From assembly GCF_006345805.1 (NCBI RefSeq), contig NC_043001.1:72292001-72356000 (forward strand): a stretch of 64,000 bases of DNA, given 5' to 3'. Positions 38,122-51,443 of the stretch are shown here, one piece after another. The notes under the pieces were generated by a model. It was given only the letters and a program-made list of their open reading frames with translations, had not been told where the DNA came from and ran no database searches. Numbering within the stretch: the first letter of the stretch is position 1; each line of letters starts with the position of its first letter. The DNA comes from Octopus sinensis (Eukaryota). The position numbers and the translations under genes are program-made.

Positions 38122-39046
38122 TATGTTTTCAACACAAAATGGACTGACAGAATTATTGGCCCTGAACCTCTTTATAATTCTATTCACAGTTTGCGTATCT
38201 TGGATGCTTCACAATATTTCCTCCTGTGAAATTAAAATTAAAAAATACTGAAAATTCCACAAGATAAGAGGCCTTCCTATAAAATTTAACAGGAATCTAT
38301 TTTATCAAAAAACTCTCTACAATAGTTAGTTTCATTTAATGTCATATTAAAATCAGGGTTATGCAGCTTCCTATGTAAGGGGACATAACTACAGATGTAT
38401 ACTCAGAGAAATGGATACTTTTAAAGAAATTTTCAACAAATAATCGCTTAGATCCTGTAGATTCAGTGTATGTAAAGATTTGTTCGAAGAAATTTTTTCC
38501 AAGTGGTTGGGGACAGGATTTTCGGAATATTTACACGATTGGACATTTTCCCCCTCATAACTTTCAGGAAAATGGGTATTTTTAATGAAATTTTATATGA
38601 ATAAACTTTCAAACGGTATAGATTACGATTACTAAGAAATTTGTAGGCAAACTGTTTTGGAAGGGGACGTGGAGGGAATGAGCTTCTGGAAAAAGGAGTT
38701 TCGGATCAGACGGTCCACATAAGTCGGAATTTATCCGTTTTGACGGGGATTTTTTTCCAATTTGTTTTATTCAGCTCAGTCTTCGGAATGATGGAAGGCA
38801 TCTTTTCACGAAAAAAAAAAAACGTTTTGAAAATTTGTTTTTTTTTTCACTCCTGCCACCCCCATTGCTACCCCAGTCAGGATTGATTTTGGTCAGTTTT
38901 TTTTTTCACTAGGCACTTAAAACACGTGAGAGAAACATTGGAAAGTGTGATTTAAGGGAGATCTGGCTGTTGTTTCTAGCACATCTCAAGACCTCTCGCC
39001 TCGTTTCGTTCTCATTGATGTTTTTCAATATTTCATTTACCCACTA

Positions 39047-39905
39047 AGGGCGGCGAGCTGGCAGAATCGTTAGGATGCTGGGCGAAATGTTTAGCGGTAT
39101 TTCGTCTGAGTTAAGGCGGCGAGCTGGCAGAAACGTTAGCACGCCGGGCGAAATTCTTTGCGGTATTTCGTCTACCGTTACGTTCTGAGTTCAAATTCCG
39201 CCGAGGTCGACTTTGCCTTTCATCCTTTCGGGGTCGATTAAATAAGTACCAGTTACGCACTGGAGTCGATATAATCGACTTAATCCCTTTGTCCTTGTTT
39301 GTCCTCTCTGTTTAGCCCCTTGTGGGTAGTAAAGAAATAGGTATTTTGTCTGAGTTCAAATTCCGCCGAAGTCGAAATGAAATTATTGTATACAGTGCTC
39401 AGGTGCACCACAACTTGTCAGAAAGTGCATATAAAGTGTATGCAGTAATGTACAAATGTCTGGAAAGCGAACAATGTATGAGTCAGATACATGCTTGTGT
39501 GTGTATGGAGGGGAGAAAATCAGGTGTAGTAGTGTTGGCGAATCTCAGAAAGCATGGAAGTTTTGAAGGATGCAGTGCTCCGACAACTAACAACTGATGC
39601 TGGCAGTTTGTTCCATGCTTCAGCGTGAAAAAATGTTTCCTAAAGTCATGGAAGCTGTGCTGTTTTCTGACTTTGTAAATATGTCCACGGGTGTTAGACG
39701 GGTGGAGTTTGAAACGGTGCTCAGAGTTATTGTTTGTAAGATGGTTAATAATTGTATGGGTGTCTGCCAAGTCAGCTGCCAGACGTCGGAGTTTCATTGT
39801 CTTTCATCCTTTCGGGGTCGATTAAATAAGTACCAGTTACGCACTGAGTCGATGTAATCGACTTAATCCCTATGTTTAGCCCCTTGTGGGCAATAAAGAA
39901 ATAAA
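39047..39905 (+). mobile_element. Cluster of family C SINEs with a CR1 3' fragment (about 39365-39790, minus) nested inside
   Basis: taaggcggcgagctggcaga heads at 39047 and 39112, and gagttcaaattccgccgaggtcgac body. The CR1 piece matches 33020-33450 in reverse. Confidence 0.78.
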
Positions 39906-41030
39906 TATTTTATTTCCCATAAACACATTTTATGGAATGATAATGCCAAAGTAATACACGCGTAGTCTATTGCTGCGATATATGCAAAGAAAAAGAAATA
40001 GTTATTTAAATTTTTACTCGGACCCCAATCGAGCGAGGCCGTGTATGTGTGTTTAAGAAAAAAACATTTTCTAACAGAAAATTATGCTATTAAAATAAAT
40101 TATATTTTACATACTCCTTATTAAAATACTCTGGATAAATCCTAGCAATAATCTTCTCAGGCTCTCCAATATTATAGAATTATATAAACAGAAACAATCG
40201 GAAGCAAATTTTCAAATTTTCCTTTTTTTTATAGCATAAATGTTTATGGAGTAAAATAATGAAAAAAATCAATACATATTTGAGTTAGACAAAAACGAGG
40301 GTGGTCTTGCGATGTGCTAGAAACAATAGTCAAATCTTCCTTAAATCACCTTTTCCTCGCCCCCTTCCAAAATCTTTTGCCAAAAAATTTCTTTGTAATC
40401 GTAATCTACACCGTTTGAAAGGTATTTCTATAAAATTTCATTAAAAAAATACCCATTTTCCTGAAAATATGAGGTGGGGATCTGTTCCATCTCATGCACG
40501 GATTTTTTTAATTAATTTTTTTTAACACCCGGAAACGTCGGATACTGGTAGAATGTGTCACGTAGAACAGAGTTTACTCTTAACATTTTTGACAAAATTT
40601 TGTATTTTAAAAGTTATTTCGTGTTAAAGTTGTCGTATTTGGGTATTTTTATAGCAACATATATGAGAATGTGTCCATCCATCCATCTAATCTATCTGTC
40701 TATCTATCTATCTACTCACACACACACATTAATAATAGGCAGAAGTTACAGAGGGACAATGGCCAAATTCGTGTTTGATAAGTGCCAATACACGAAACTC
40801 AACTTTTGACTTACTCTCTAACTTCTGCAGTTGATATATCTACATATATATATGTGTTAAAAAAATCTCATCACGTAACCGAACCAAAAGAAGAGCCTCT
40901 ACCTGGCCGCTCGACATGCTAAAAATAGCAGCCAAAGTATCCTCCTACCTAAATCACATGCCCATTGTACGAAATGTCCTAGATTATCCCTAAAAAGACC
41001 CTGACCCTAACTCACCCTAACTCTAAATAA

Positions 41031-41194
41031 AAAATAGATTGAAATGCAATAGATCGATACTAGGGTTATAATTATGGGTGACATTTTCATTTGACACCGC
41101 TAGAAAAAAATCCCATTTTCCGTAACGGTGTCGTATGAAATTGTCACCCATGATTATAACCCTAGTATCGATCTATTGCATTTCAATCTATTTT
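41031..41194. repeat. 69-bp-arm hairpin flanked by CCCTAA/TTAGGG-like units, part of an unclassified element (about 40990-41480)
   Basis: Arms 41031-41099 and 41126-41194 are reverse complements, with accctaactcaccctaac to the left and tttagggttagggg to the right. Confidence 0.8.
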
Positions 41195-43029
41195 AGATTT
41201 AGGGTTAGGGGTGGGGGAAGGGTATCTTTTTTTCTTCGCAAATGTAAATAAACCCAATCTGTTTCTTAAACGAGGGACATATTCATACAGCACGGAATGT
41301 TGTTTACCTAAATAGAGGCCAGCGATTGGTTAAAATTGCCGAAATGCTTGAAATTAAAGTGGAAATATGTTACAACATATAGAATTTTCTCAATAAAGCC
41401 AAGAAAAAATGGTTTTATAAACACATTCTACCAGTATACGAAGTTTAAAAGTGTTTAGTTAACTAGAAATTGTGTTGACATGTACCGTTCAAAGGGAAAA
41501 GATCCAAGACGGTTTCTGAAGGCTGGAATGTCTTTGATAATAGGTTTGCTGTATCAATTAGTTACACATCATAAGGGTCAATAGAACTTATTGAAGCAAG
41601 TTAACATGCTTGTGACATCATTGTGGGCAATGGTGAGGTTAAGGTGTCAGGACAGCGAAGCATCCTCACATGCATCACGTAACATCTTGGTAAGGCAAAC
41701 CGCTAATGATGACAAGAATTTCACTTGTCAGTAGCCCAGCACCTTCGAAGATCTCAAATGTCACAGGCTGGAAGAAATGGTTCAGCAACAAGTCCTGTTA
41801 CTTTAGGACAGTATTTCTCAACTATTTTTTGCCTATGTACTCCTTTGTTTGCCCTTTTACTCAGGTGGACCCTTATGGCCACTCAATGTTTAAAAAAATC
41901 CTATTATATTTTTATAATTACATATTAGGAATTGTATAAAAAAGAACTGTGTAAATATTTTAAGTAGTGTAGATGTATAACCAATTTATTGTGGATAAAT
42001 TTTAACAACAAAATTTTGTTTGGACTCCCAAAGGCTATGTGGATCCTGGTTGATAACCACTGATTTAAGATTTTGTTACATTTAGCCACCCTCCCATTTA
42101 TGGCAGCATCCTGGAGCATTACATTTGAAAGAATTGTATGAGTGCCTAAGAGTTGAAGCTGAATGTTCGCTTTGTTATATTTTGTGCAAAAAGAAAAGGC
42201 AATTTTGTGGTTATCAAACAATGCCTGTTTATGTATTACAAAATGATTGTAAGGTTTAATTTTTAAAAAAATAATTTTGCAATTGTTCATGAATATGAAC
42301 AAAAGTGTTACTAGCACTAAGAAGCATTGTTCCAAATAAGCTGTCTGTCAATGGGTCTATGAAAGCAAAAGATATATATGTGGGAACAAACTCAACATTG
42401 TGAAATATCTAATTACACTGTGTAACACGATTTTTGTCCTTAAATTGCAACTGTTATTTCCTGTTTGCTTTCTAGAAAGCTTGAAAAATGGCTAATATTT
42501 CCTTCAAACTTTGCTTTTGTTACATTTATTCTTAACCCCCAAAGAATCCCTCCTAGCACATGGCTATGATGCTTCCCTACTACTCTTGCTCATAATCAGA
42601 GATGCACATATTGTCAGCCACAAAAAGACATGCTCAAATGGTTAAGATCGTGCAACTGACAAGCAAATCTGTGGTATTGAGCAGAATATTTGCTATAATG
42701 ATATTTTTGCTTCAGCAATTCAATGCTGAATATGTTAGAAATATAATGGAAAATAAGTCAGTTTCAAAACATTGATGTCTAGATGACAAAAGCAAACTTT
42801 GAAAGGAATAGCAGGCATTCCATTTGATTTCAAGACAGAAGCAAATAAGAAATAACGCTTACTGACCAAATACAGACAAAAAATTAAAATTTTGTTACAC
42901 ATTGTTATTACTACAGCGCATACAACCATCCACTCCACTGGGCAGTCCTCTCGTCTCCCAAGGATCATGCTCTATTGAGAACTTGCAATTGAAACAAGAC
43001 CCAGAGAAGTCTGAAATTCTGTTTTAAAG

Positions 43030-43330
43030 ACCAGCTCAAATGGACTTTGGCTCAAGCAAACATCCAGCCATCCTCATGGGAACAGAATGCCATGGATAGG
43101 ACAGCCTGAAGGACTGCTATCTGCAATGGAGCCAGCTACTTCGAGCAGAACAGACAACAAAATGAAGAGGCAAAATGCAGGAGAAGAAAAGAATATCTTC
43201 AACATCCTTGACCTGCACAGACCATCCTGTGCTAGTTCTGCCCACAGCTCTTTCACCACCGACTTGGACTCCAAAGTCACTTTTGACACAAACGTCAGCC
43301 AAGGAGACTGGATGGAAACTGACGAACACA
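43030..43330 (+). mobile_element. Decayed BovB-like RTE 3' end
   Basis: SWEQNAMDRTA*RTAI...KCRRRK...C.FC..LF..RLGLQSH (zinc-finger remnant). Confidence 0.6.
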
Positions 43331-43629
43331 ATGCTCGGATACGAGCTGGAGCTGACTATAGTGCAATACAACTCCTCTTTATAGGAAATGCTTTGTATGT
43401 TTTTGTTTCATCCATGTTCTCACAGTTAATCCTTTTGATACCAACCTGTCAAAGTCTACTAGTTCTATTATATTCATGTTTTGAAATAAACTAACTAAAA
43501 TCTTTCCATCAAAATTTTATAATTTATGTTTCAAATACTACTTAATCATGATAATACTAAAACTCTAGGGATGTTTGAAATATCTCAGAAATAGTATATT
43601 TTATCTTAATTTTTTTTTTACATATTTAT

Positions 43630-44230
43630 TTTCATACTTGCCTTCGGCAGTGCAGTACAAATTTTGGCGATCTTTCGTCTCTAGTAGACCTTTCCGTCGA
43701 TTTCCGTAAAAAACTTTTTTTTTTTACATATGGGCTTGCGGGAACTTTTGAAGTAATGAGAGCGAAAGAGACTAAGAGAAAGCGATTGTATGACGAGGGA
43801 AATTCTTTTGAAGTTACCGTGCATGGGAAGCATTGATGTACATGTGTGTATGTGTTTGATGGGGTGTGGGAGACAGACAGTATGTTGTGTAAGTGAACTG
43901 TCAGAATTGTCCCTTCGTCTCAAAACAACACAAATCACTGTACCGACTAGACTGTCGGATGTTGCTACATATCGCTGGTCACAATGCGCTTCCTCGCATT
44001 GTTGTAGCTTCTGAGTGATGCCACCCTGAGGCTAGACGGGTAGGGTTGTCCATTTAAAACTGTGTCGATCGTAGTAACGTGAAACGAAGTCTTTTGCTCA
44101 AAGCCTTTTCCTTTGCATGCAACTCTTTTCTCATGAGAAGAATATCTCCTCATTTTATAACTCTCCCGTCTTTTTCTTACCATTTCACCATCGTCACATC
44201 AACAGAGACATTAAGGCTGCACAGTAGCAG
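43630..44230. promoter_or_regulatory. Candidate CpG-enriched promoter / first-exon region, possibly for TSNAX
   Basis: Non-repeat, locally CpG-rich sequence with CGGAA (ETS-like) and TTTGGCG/GCGGGAA (E2F-like) words. Minus-strand donors at 43637 and 44180. The TSNAX exon has an acceptor at 38224 that needs an upstream exon. Confidence 0.35.
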
Positions 44231-47200
44231 TCGACAAGGCATGTATGCCCAAAATTTTGTAACATTTGAACTTCTATTTAAACAATTAAACAATTTTTGT
44301 TGTTTCTTGATGAAAAAATACATGGCTCACATGACTCAACACACATACACGAATTCAGAATACACACACATATAATGAATGTCTTGGCATGTATACACAA
44401 ACACACGTTCGCTATCTGTCACATATAGACATACTTTGTCTTCGAGCTCTCTAAGAAAAAAGACCGTTGACATTTTGACGCACGCAATATTTTAATCATT
44501 TGTATTTCGTCTGTCTATGTTCTGAGTTCAAACTCCGCCAAAGTCGAAAACAAAATTGTAATTCGTAACTTAAACGTAGTTTAATTTTAAGAATTTTAAC
44601 CAATGAAATCGCAGCATTCGAGCTCAAATTATTTACCTCTTCTTCTGTCTTCTACATGTGCTAGAAATAACAGCTATATCTCTTAAATCGTTTAATTTCG
44701 TCGCCCAATAAAAATATTAACGATATTTTTTGAATATTTTCTTTATTTTTTTTTTACCGAAAAGGCTTCTCCCATGGTTTTGAAGGGCCAGAAACAACAA
44801 AAACAAAACAATAATATACCTAAATCGGTCTCGAGTTTGCGCGTAGAGTGTTAGTAGTATTGTAAAAATTTGCGAGATATTTTTTCATAAAAGGATGCCC
44901 CCAGCTTGTCGGAAGCTGTGATATAAATTGGGAAAAAAATCCTCGGCACCAGTGCGTAATTGGTACTTAATTTATCAACCCTGAAACGATGAAACATTGA
45001 CCCCACCCCACCTTCTGTGCAAATTTGTTGCGGCAAGTGGCAAAACATGAACGTGTATTTTTGCTTGTGTGCGTATGTGTGTGTATGTATATGTCCGTTT
45101 GTATGTGTGTGTACGCTTATATATTAATTACTATGTGCTTGTGCAAATGTGCGTGTGTGTGTCGTGCGTCTGCTATATTTCTTTATCAATATCGATAACG
45201 CAGCAATGTTGGGATTTCATTGGTTAAAATTCGAAGATGTTGGGATTTCATTGGTTAAAATTCGTAAAAATTAAACTACGTTTAAGTTACAAATTACAAT
45301 TTTGTTTTCAATTTTGTTTACAATAATGTTTTCTTTTGACACATTCTACCAGTGTACGAAGTTTCAAATTTTTTAGTTAACTAGGAAAATCTGGCCTTCA
45401 AAAAGAAAGGATCCGAATATTTTAATCATTTAGAGATATTTTAAACTGAATATGATTTCATCATCTGGACTTCGTTAATTTCCGTAAAATGTTTTTATTT
45501 ATTTACTTTTGTTTTAAACTGGAAGATGTATGTACGTGTATATGAAATGGATATGTGTGTATGTGAAAGACACACACATACACACACAGAGACAGAGTGA
45601 ATGAAGGTGTGTGTTGTCATGTATAGGTACATGCATCAATACATATGCATACATTTTTTGTATGTACGTGGGCATGTGTGTGTGAGAGAGAATGTGTGTG
45701 TGTGTGAGTGAGTGAGCATGTGTGTTCTCGTGTGTGTGTAAGTGGCACACACACTATCTCTTTCACACACACATACATTATTCACTTTCTCCTCTCTTTC
45801 ACTTTAAAACAAAAGTAACAGGTGATTTTCAGGATTAAAATTGTTTAAAAAAGGCTCATGTATATTGATTACTATTGTTTGAATAGTTCCAATTAAATTA
45901 GTCCAGAAGTTAAGTTAAATATATATATACATGCTTAAGTACTGTTAATTCCCATTCTATACACTGGCAAATAATTCCGTGAATGCTTTATCAGGCAAAG
46001 CTGGGTAGTAAGTCTAGTAATGACTACTAAATTTTTCATTATTTTCCAAATTAATCAAAACAACAACATATTTCAACAGAAATCTGACAATAAAGAGGTT
46101 TATAATAACAAAGTTATTTTACTAAATTCTTCATTATTTTCAAAATCAATTAAATGAAAACCAGTATATTTCAACAAAAATATTGAACAATTGATTTTCA
46201 GGGAATGCTATTCTACAAAATAGAAGTGCCATGTCTAATTGTGGAGGGAACCTGTGGAAAGGATAGATCCAGGAAGACACACCAAGGCGTCCAGGCTACC
46301 AATGTCCAGAGATGAAATATTTATTCAAGTGAAATAAATTATTATTGTTATTTGTTCAGAGATTCTTGTTTCTGCTATTTTCCTTTCCACGACTATGTAA
46401 GGAATTGTGAGGCACCCATCCAGTGCCAACCTCACTACATAGAAATCCTTTAGGTGGGTTGTACCTGTAATTCAAGAGGTACAGCCTTGCCACACACTAT
46501 GTCACACAGATTCTGTTTGAGAATTAGATTAGGGGTATATATGCTTTTGAAATACTCAGCCACTTGTATGTTAAATGAGGAGCAGGTAATTCAGTTGATC
46601 AAATAACTGAATCTTTCTCATCAAACGACAAAGATCTATCACCTGTATATTTAACACAGACTGCACTAGACTGCAGTCTCTTTTGGCTTGGTTTCTATAT
46701 CTGGATGCCTTTCCTAACACCAACTACTCCACAGAGTGTACTGGGTGTCTTTTACGTGTCACTGGCATGGGTGCCTTTTACATGTCACCAGTATGGGTGC
46801 CCTTCATATGTTGCCAGCACTGGCTAAGAGTTGTCAAGCAGTGGTGGCAGACAAATGTAAACATGAAGACACACATACACATCAATATACATATATATGA
46901 CAGGCTTCTTTCAGTTTCCATCTACCAAATTCACTCAAAAGGCTTTGGTTTATGCTGAGCTATAGCAGAGGACACTTGCCTAAGGTGTCATGCAGTGGGA
47001 TCAAACCAAGAAGCATGTTGTTGGGAAACACACTTGTTACTACAAAGCATGCCTACATCTAAGTATTTTGTTTTTTAATTTAGGGTATTTTAAAAGTTTT
47101 CATTATTAAAGGTATGAGTCCCATTAAAAATCATAGATTATAAGGTGTGAACTGGCAGAATCATCAGCATGCTGGGCAAGATGTTTAGCTACATTTCTTC

Positions 47201-48489
47201 CATCTTCACATTCTGAGTTCAAATTTTGCTGAGGTCGACTTTGCCTTCCATCCTTTTGGAGTCAATAAAAGGAGTACCAGTTAAACATTGGGGGTGATGT
47301 AATTGACTTACTCCACCCAAGAGGAGTGATTTAAAAAAATTTCATGCTACAATTTCTAATGGGCTGAGAGAGCACATAGAAGTTCTCTTGTTGGTTTGAT
47401 AAGATCCCTGCAGTAGGCCATGTTATTATAATGGATATTAGATTAGAAAATAGGTTGAACAGTTAATTGATTAATTTGATTATAGTGTAATAATATAATG
47501 TTCTGCTAAATGTTTGTGGGTGTCATTCAGTTACTTTTTCACACAGCCCAAGAAGCACATTTTCATTGATCAACTCAACCAGTGATCACCGAAGACCAGC
47601 CAACAAACACGCTCGGGACACTTAATTAATCCATTTTTGCTGACAATGTATCAGAGTTTTATAATTCCGCTTCTGTACAAACGATATAAACTGAGTTGGC
47701 TTAGTTCTCACCTGTTCAGTATCAACAGTTCTTATCTCAGCTATAATCTGGCAATTATTCTGTCTATTTATCACCTGCACAAAATAAGCATTTCTACTCT
47801 ATATTTCATATACACACATGCGTGCGTGCGTGCACACACACACACATGCATGCTTGCACACACACACACACAGTCCTTATCTCTATTTACATTTACATTG
47901 ATCTATTTCTCTCTCCCCTCATTCTTATCTCCTTGTTTTTCCCATTCTACCTTTATTTACACCTCTTCATTTATATCTACATTGACCTCTCTTTATCAAC
48001 ATTGATCCCTCTCTCTCTTCATTTCTACTTATATCAATGTTTCTCTGCTTCTCTCATCTCCATATTTTCTCCCTTACTGTCTCTGTATATCCATTTGCAT
48101 CAATCTCTCTCTCTCTCACTTTCTTTGCTGTTCTTGACTGCCTCTACATCTCACTCTCCCTTATCTACGTTTCTCTCTCTTTTTCTCCATCTCCATTTAC
48201 ATTTTTTTATCTCTTCTCTTTCTGCTTTTCTTGACTGTTTTTACATCCTCATCTCTCTCACCTCTGTCTGTCTGTCTCTCTAAATATCTTTCTTAACTTC
48301 TTGCCTCCTCTTCCTCCCTATTTCAGCAACATGAACCTTAGCGAGGCAAATTACACCAAAGACAGAATTGCCTTTAAAGTCTAAGGTAACAGGAAGTCTG
48401 AGGAAACAAAAGCAATGCTCCTTGCATGGAACTTAGCAGAAGGATCATCACCAAACAATTTAATTTCAGAAACCCTGAACAGAGTTGTT

Positions 48490-48925
48490 TCTCACAGGAC
48501 AATGGCTCAGAAAGGAACTTGAAGCAGTTCAGCAATGCTACACAAGAAAGATTGCATCAATGGAACAGCTAAACTACTAGGAAAGTCTGAAAGAATTGTG
48601 ACTCTACTTCCTGGAGTGAAGATAGGAGAGTTATATTGTGATATACATATAGAAGATCCTAGAGGGGTTACTATCAAACTTTGGCTTTGAGAGTCACACC
48701 AGTCCTTGAATTGGACGTCAATGTATTGTTCCAAAGGTCATGCCCATCCTGTCTAGAGTGATGTCCAGATGAACCTACATCACTGCAAGAAGCTCAAAAG
48801 AAGGCATCAGTAACAAATTCCCTCCTTCACAAGAAACCGATCACAATAAAATGGCCAATGGCAAGGTGATACTACAGGCAATGCTCCTGCAACAATCACA
48901 GCTTTTAGGCTGAAATACATAAATG
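48490..48925 (+). mobile_element. Old 3' fragment of the CR1/L2-group family seen at 6607-9612
   Basis: ELEAVQQCYTRKIASMEQLNY and a degenerate 3' tail. Confidence 0.65.
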
Positions 48926-49099
48926 AATAATAGAATATGATGCTGTGTGGTAAGAAGTTTGCTTCCCAACACATGATTTCTGTTTCAGTTCCACTGCATG
49001 ACACTCTAGGTGAGTCAAGTGTCTTCTGCTATAGTCCTGGAGCAACCAAAACCTTGTGAGTGGATCCAGTAGATGGAAACTGAAAATTCATTGTGTATG

Positions 49100-49530
49100 T
49101 TAGTTAGTTAGTTAGTTAATTTGGCTCAAAAGCAAATAGCAAGGCCATGTAGGGGGACATGGAGTTAAGTACAGGGTGGTGTTCATGTAAAGAGTTCAGG
49201 CCACTTGAGGTCCAGGGAGGCTTTGAACAAAGCGGTCGTCGGCATCTTCACCATCTCGTCTGGCAGCTTGTTCCACGGATCTGCAACCCGGACGGAGAAA
49301 GCTCCTCTCCTTCGATTGAGATGAAATCGTCGCAGGTAGAGCTTTTCGGAATGACCCCGCAGCCGATGCTCCGGAGCAGGAGTGAAGAACAGCTCTTTCG
49401 AGAGGTTACACTTCCCGCTTATGATGTTGTGGGCGAGAATGAGATCACCACAGCGGTGGCGTTTTTCAAGAGAATAAAGGTCGAGCGTCCTCAGCCTTTC
49501 TTCGTAGGACAAATTTTTGAGACCATGAAT
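49100..49530 (-). mobile_element. CR1-type LINE 3' fragment with (AACT)n tail
   Basis: LSYEERLRTLDLYSLEKR..GDLI and RGHSEKL...FSVRVADPWNKLP. Confidence 0.85.
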
Positions 49531-49603
49531 GTATGTATGTATGTATGTATGCATGTATGTATGCATGTGTGCATATTTATATATATATATATACACATAC
49601 ACA

Positions 49604-49650
<47 letters not shown>

Positions 49651-50769
49651 ACACATACAGGGTATTCAGGCTAAATTTGACAAGTTTTTGTGTCTCCTTT
49701 ATCAGGAAGAATTTGATGTATTGTTAAATTGTCAACAGCACTGGAGAACATAAAGATTATAGATGTAGTTGAAGAAAAATTAACTGACATGGAGGACTGG
49801 AAGTCATTTGAATATTGAAAATGAATTATCTATATCAATATGATACACACTTGGTATTGAAATGCTGAAATTATGACCTCTGCCCAATGCTCTGTGAACA
49901 TTGTAAAGGCTGTAAAATTTGACATGGACAACTGCAACACACACTACGAAGCCATAGCCAAAAGAAAGGACACAATAGGTGTTCTGACTGTGTCCGCAAC
50001 CCCAAATGCAGCCTCACATCTCTGAACAGGGCTTTAAGCTTAATTCAGAGATGGCTATGAGTAGCTACTGGAGACTGTGTTCTATCCCTTACAGGAGAGG
50101 GTAGCTGCTGGAAGGCTATATATGTGTCAGCAGGATTTGGCTTGTTGCCATACCTCCAGAAAGAATCAGAAGTGTTTGTCAGAGAATTTCTATGACATCA
50201 CTAGCTCCAATTTCTGGCCTCCTAATTCCCTCAATTGTAATTCACTGGATTAATATATGCAGGAATTGTCTGAAAAATGTTGACTGAGAATTCTTAAGAC
50301 TCATCAGTTTTGACAATTTTGGTTGCTTTATCAGTTAAGCCTGCTTGGTGTTCGGCTTTTCCCAGACCTGTTTCTCTATTAATATTTATGCTTTTGTCAT
50401 CCAAATTAATGGATGATTTAGCAATTCGCAAATGTGTATACACAAAATTAATATAAACAGCAGGTTGCAATGTTTCCTCAAAAAGGAGAATTATAATTAT
50501 CATTAAATGGATGTTAAAAAACATTTATATTATTAGAAATAAGAGCTAAAATGCTCTAATGCTGTAGTTAACACACATGAATGAAAACATATACATTAGC
50601 AGGAACCATAATTGTCTGAAAAATGCTGACTGAGAATTCTATAGACTGATGTTAGTTTCAGCAATTTTTGTTGCCTCATAGAGCATTTTAGCTCTAATAT
50701 AAGAATATATATGTACATATATATATGAAGGCATGTGGCTTAGTGGTTAGGATATTTGATTCATGTACC

Positions 50770-51443
50770 CCTACATTTTGTACATTTCGTATTTGTAATC
50801 TTGTGGAAAAGTTCAGAAAGTAGCACACAATGTCAGCTCAGAAACGCAAGCAGACTGAGTTTACGCTGAAGGAAAAGAAGGAGATTATCGATGCTGCGAA
50901 AAACGTTATTGTCGGGCCCCTCGTATCATTAGTAATATCTGATACAAGTTACCGCCCCTTGTATTGTCCGACATGTTTCACTCTAGAAGAAATAGCAAAG
51001 GAGGTAATGCATAACGAAGAGCCGGTGGAAAGTGAAGACAACAAGGTAATTGTGGAAGAGGAATACGTTTTGTTTGCAGATGCCCAGAGAGCATGGAGCA
51101 CTATCCGAAAGATTATGCAGCAGCAGAGCAGCGGAAAACCCAGCATCATGCAGGCGTGTGATAGGCTAGACAACGAAATGAATGAAATCCGCCGAAAGAA
51201 GATGCGTCAGCCGACAATTTTTGAGAGCTTCGGGATTAACTAAAAGCAATCTGAACTTAATAAACTTGGATGTCTTCTTTTTACCATTGCATTGAACTTC
51301 TTATTGGCCTTACTTCCTACACTATGAATTTTTATTCATATGTTCAGTAAATTTTTGGTTATGTAGTGTTTAGATAACAGACCCTCGGTACTATGCCACT
51401 TTGGCTCAGTCCCGCAGGGTGGCATAGTAGCGAGAGTTGACTG
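50770..51443 (+). mobile_element. Internally deleted pogo/Tigger-like transposon
   Basis: ORF 50830-51243 fuses a CENP-B-like N-terminus (KRKQTEFTLKEKKEII) to a Tigger-like C-terminus (RQPTIFESF). Right TIR ends ...gagagttgactg|TA; no left TIR seen. Confidence 0.6.

Noticed and set aside
38122-38187. N-terminal extension of TRAX from the ORF-track start at 38187
   Set aside because: That start is GTG; the ATG at 38121 has good context and gives a normal-length TRAX.
43087-43494. 135-aa plus-strand ORF
   Set aside because: Off-frame reading of a decayed RTE 3' end.
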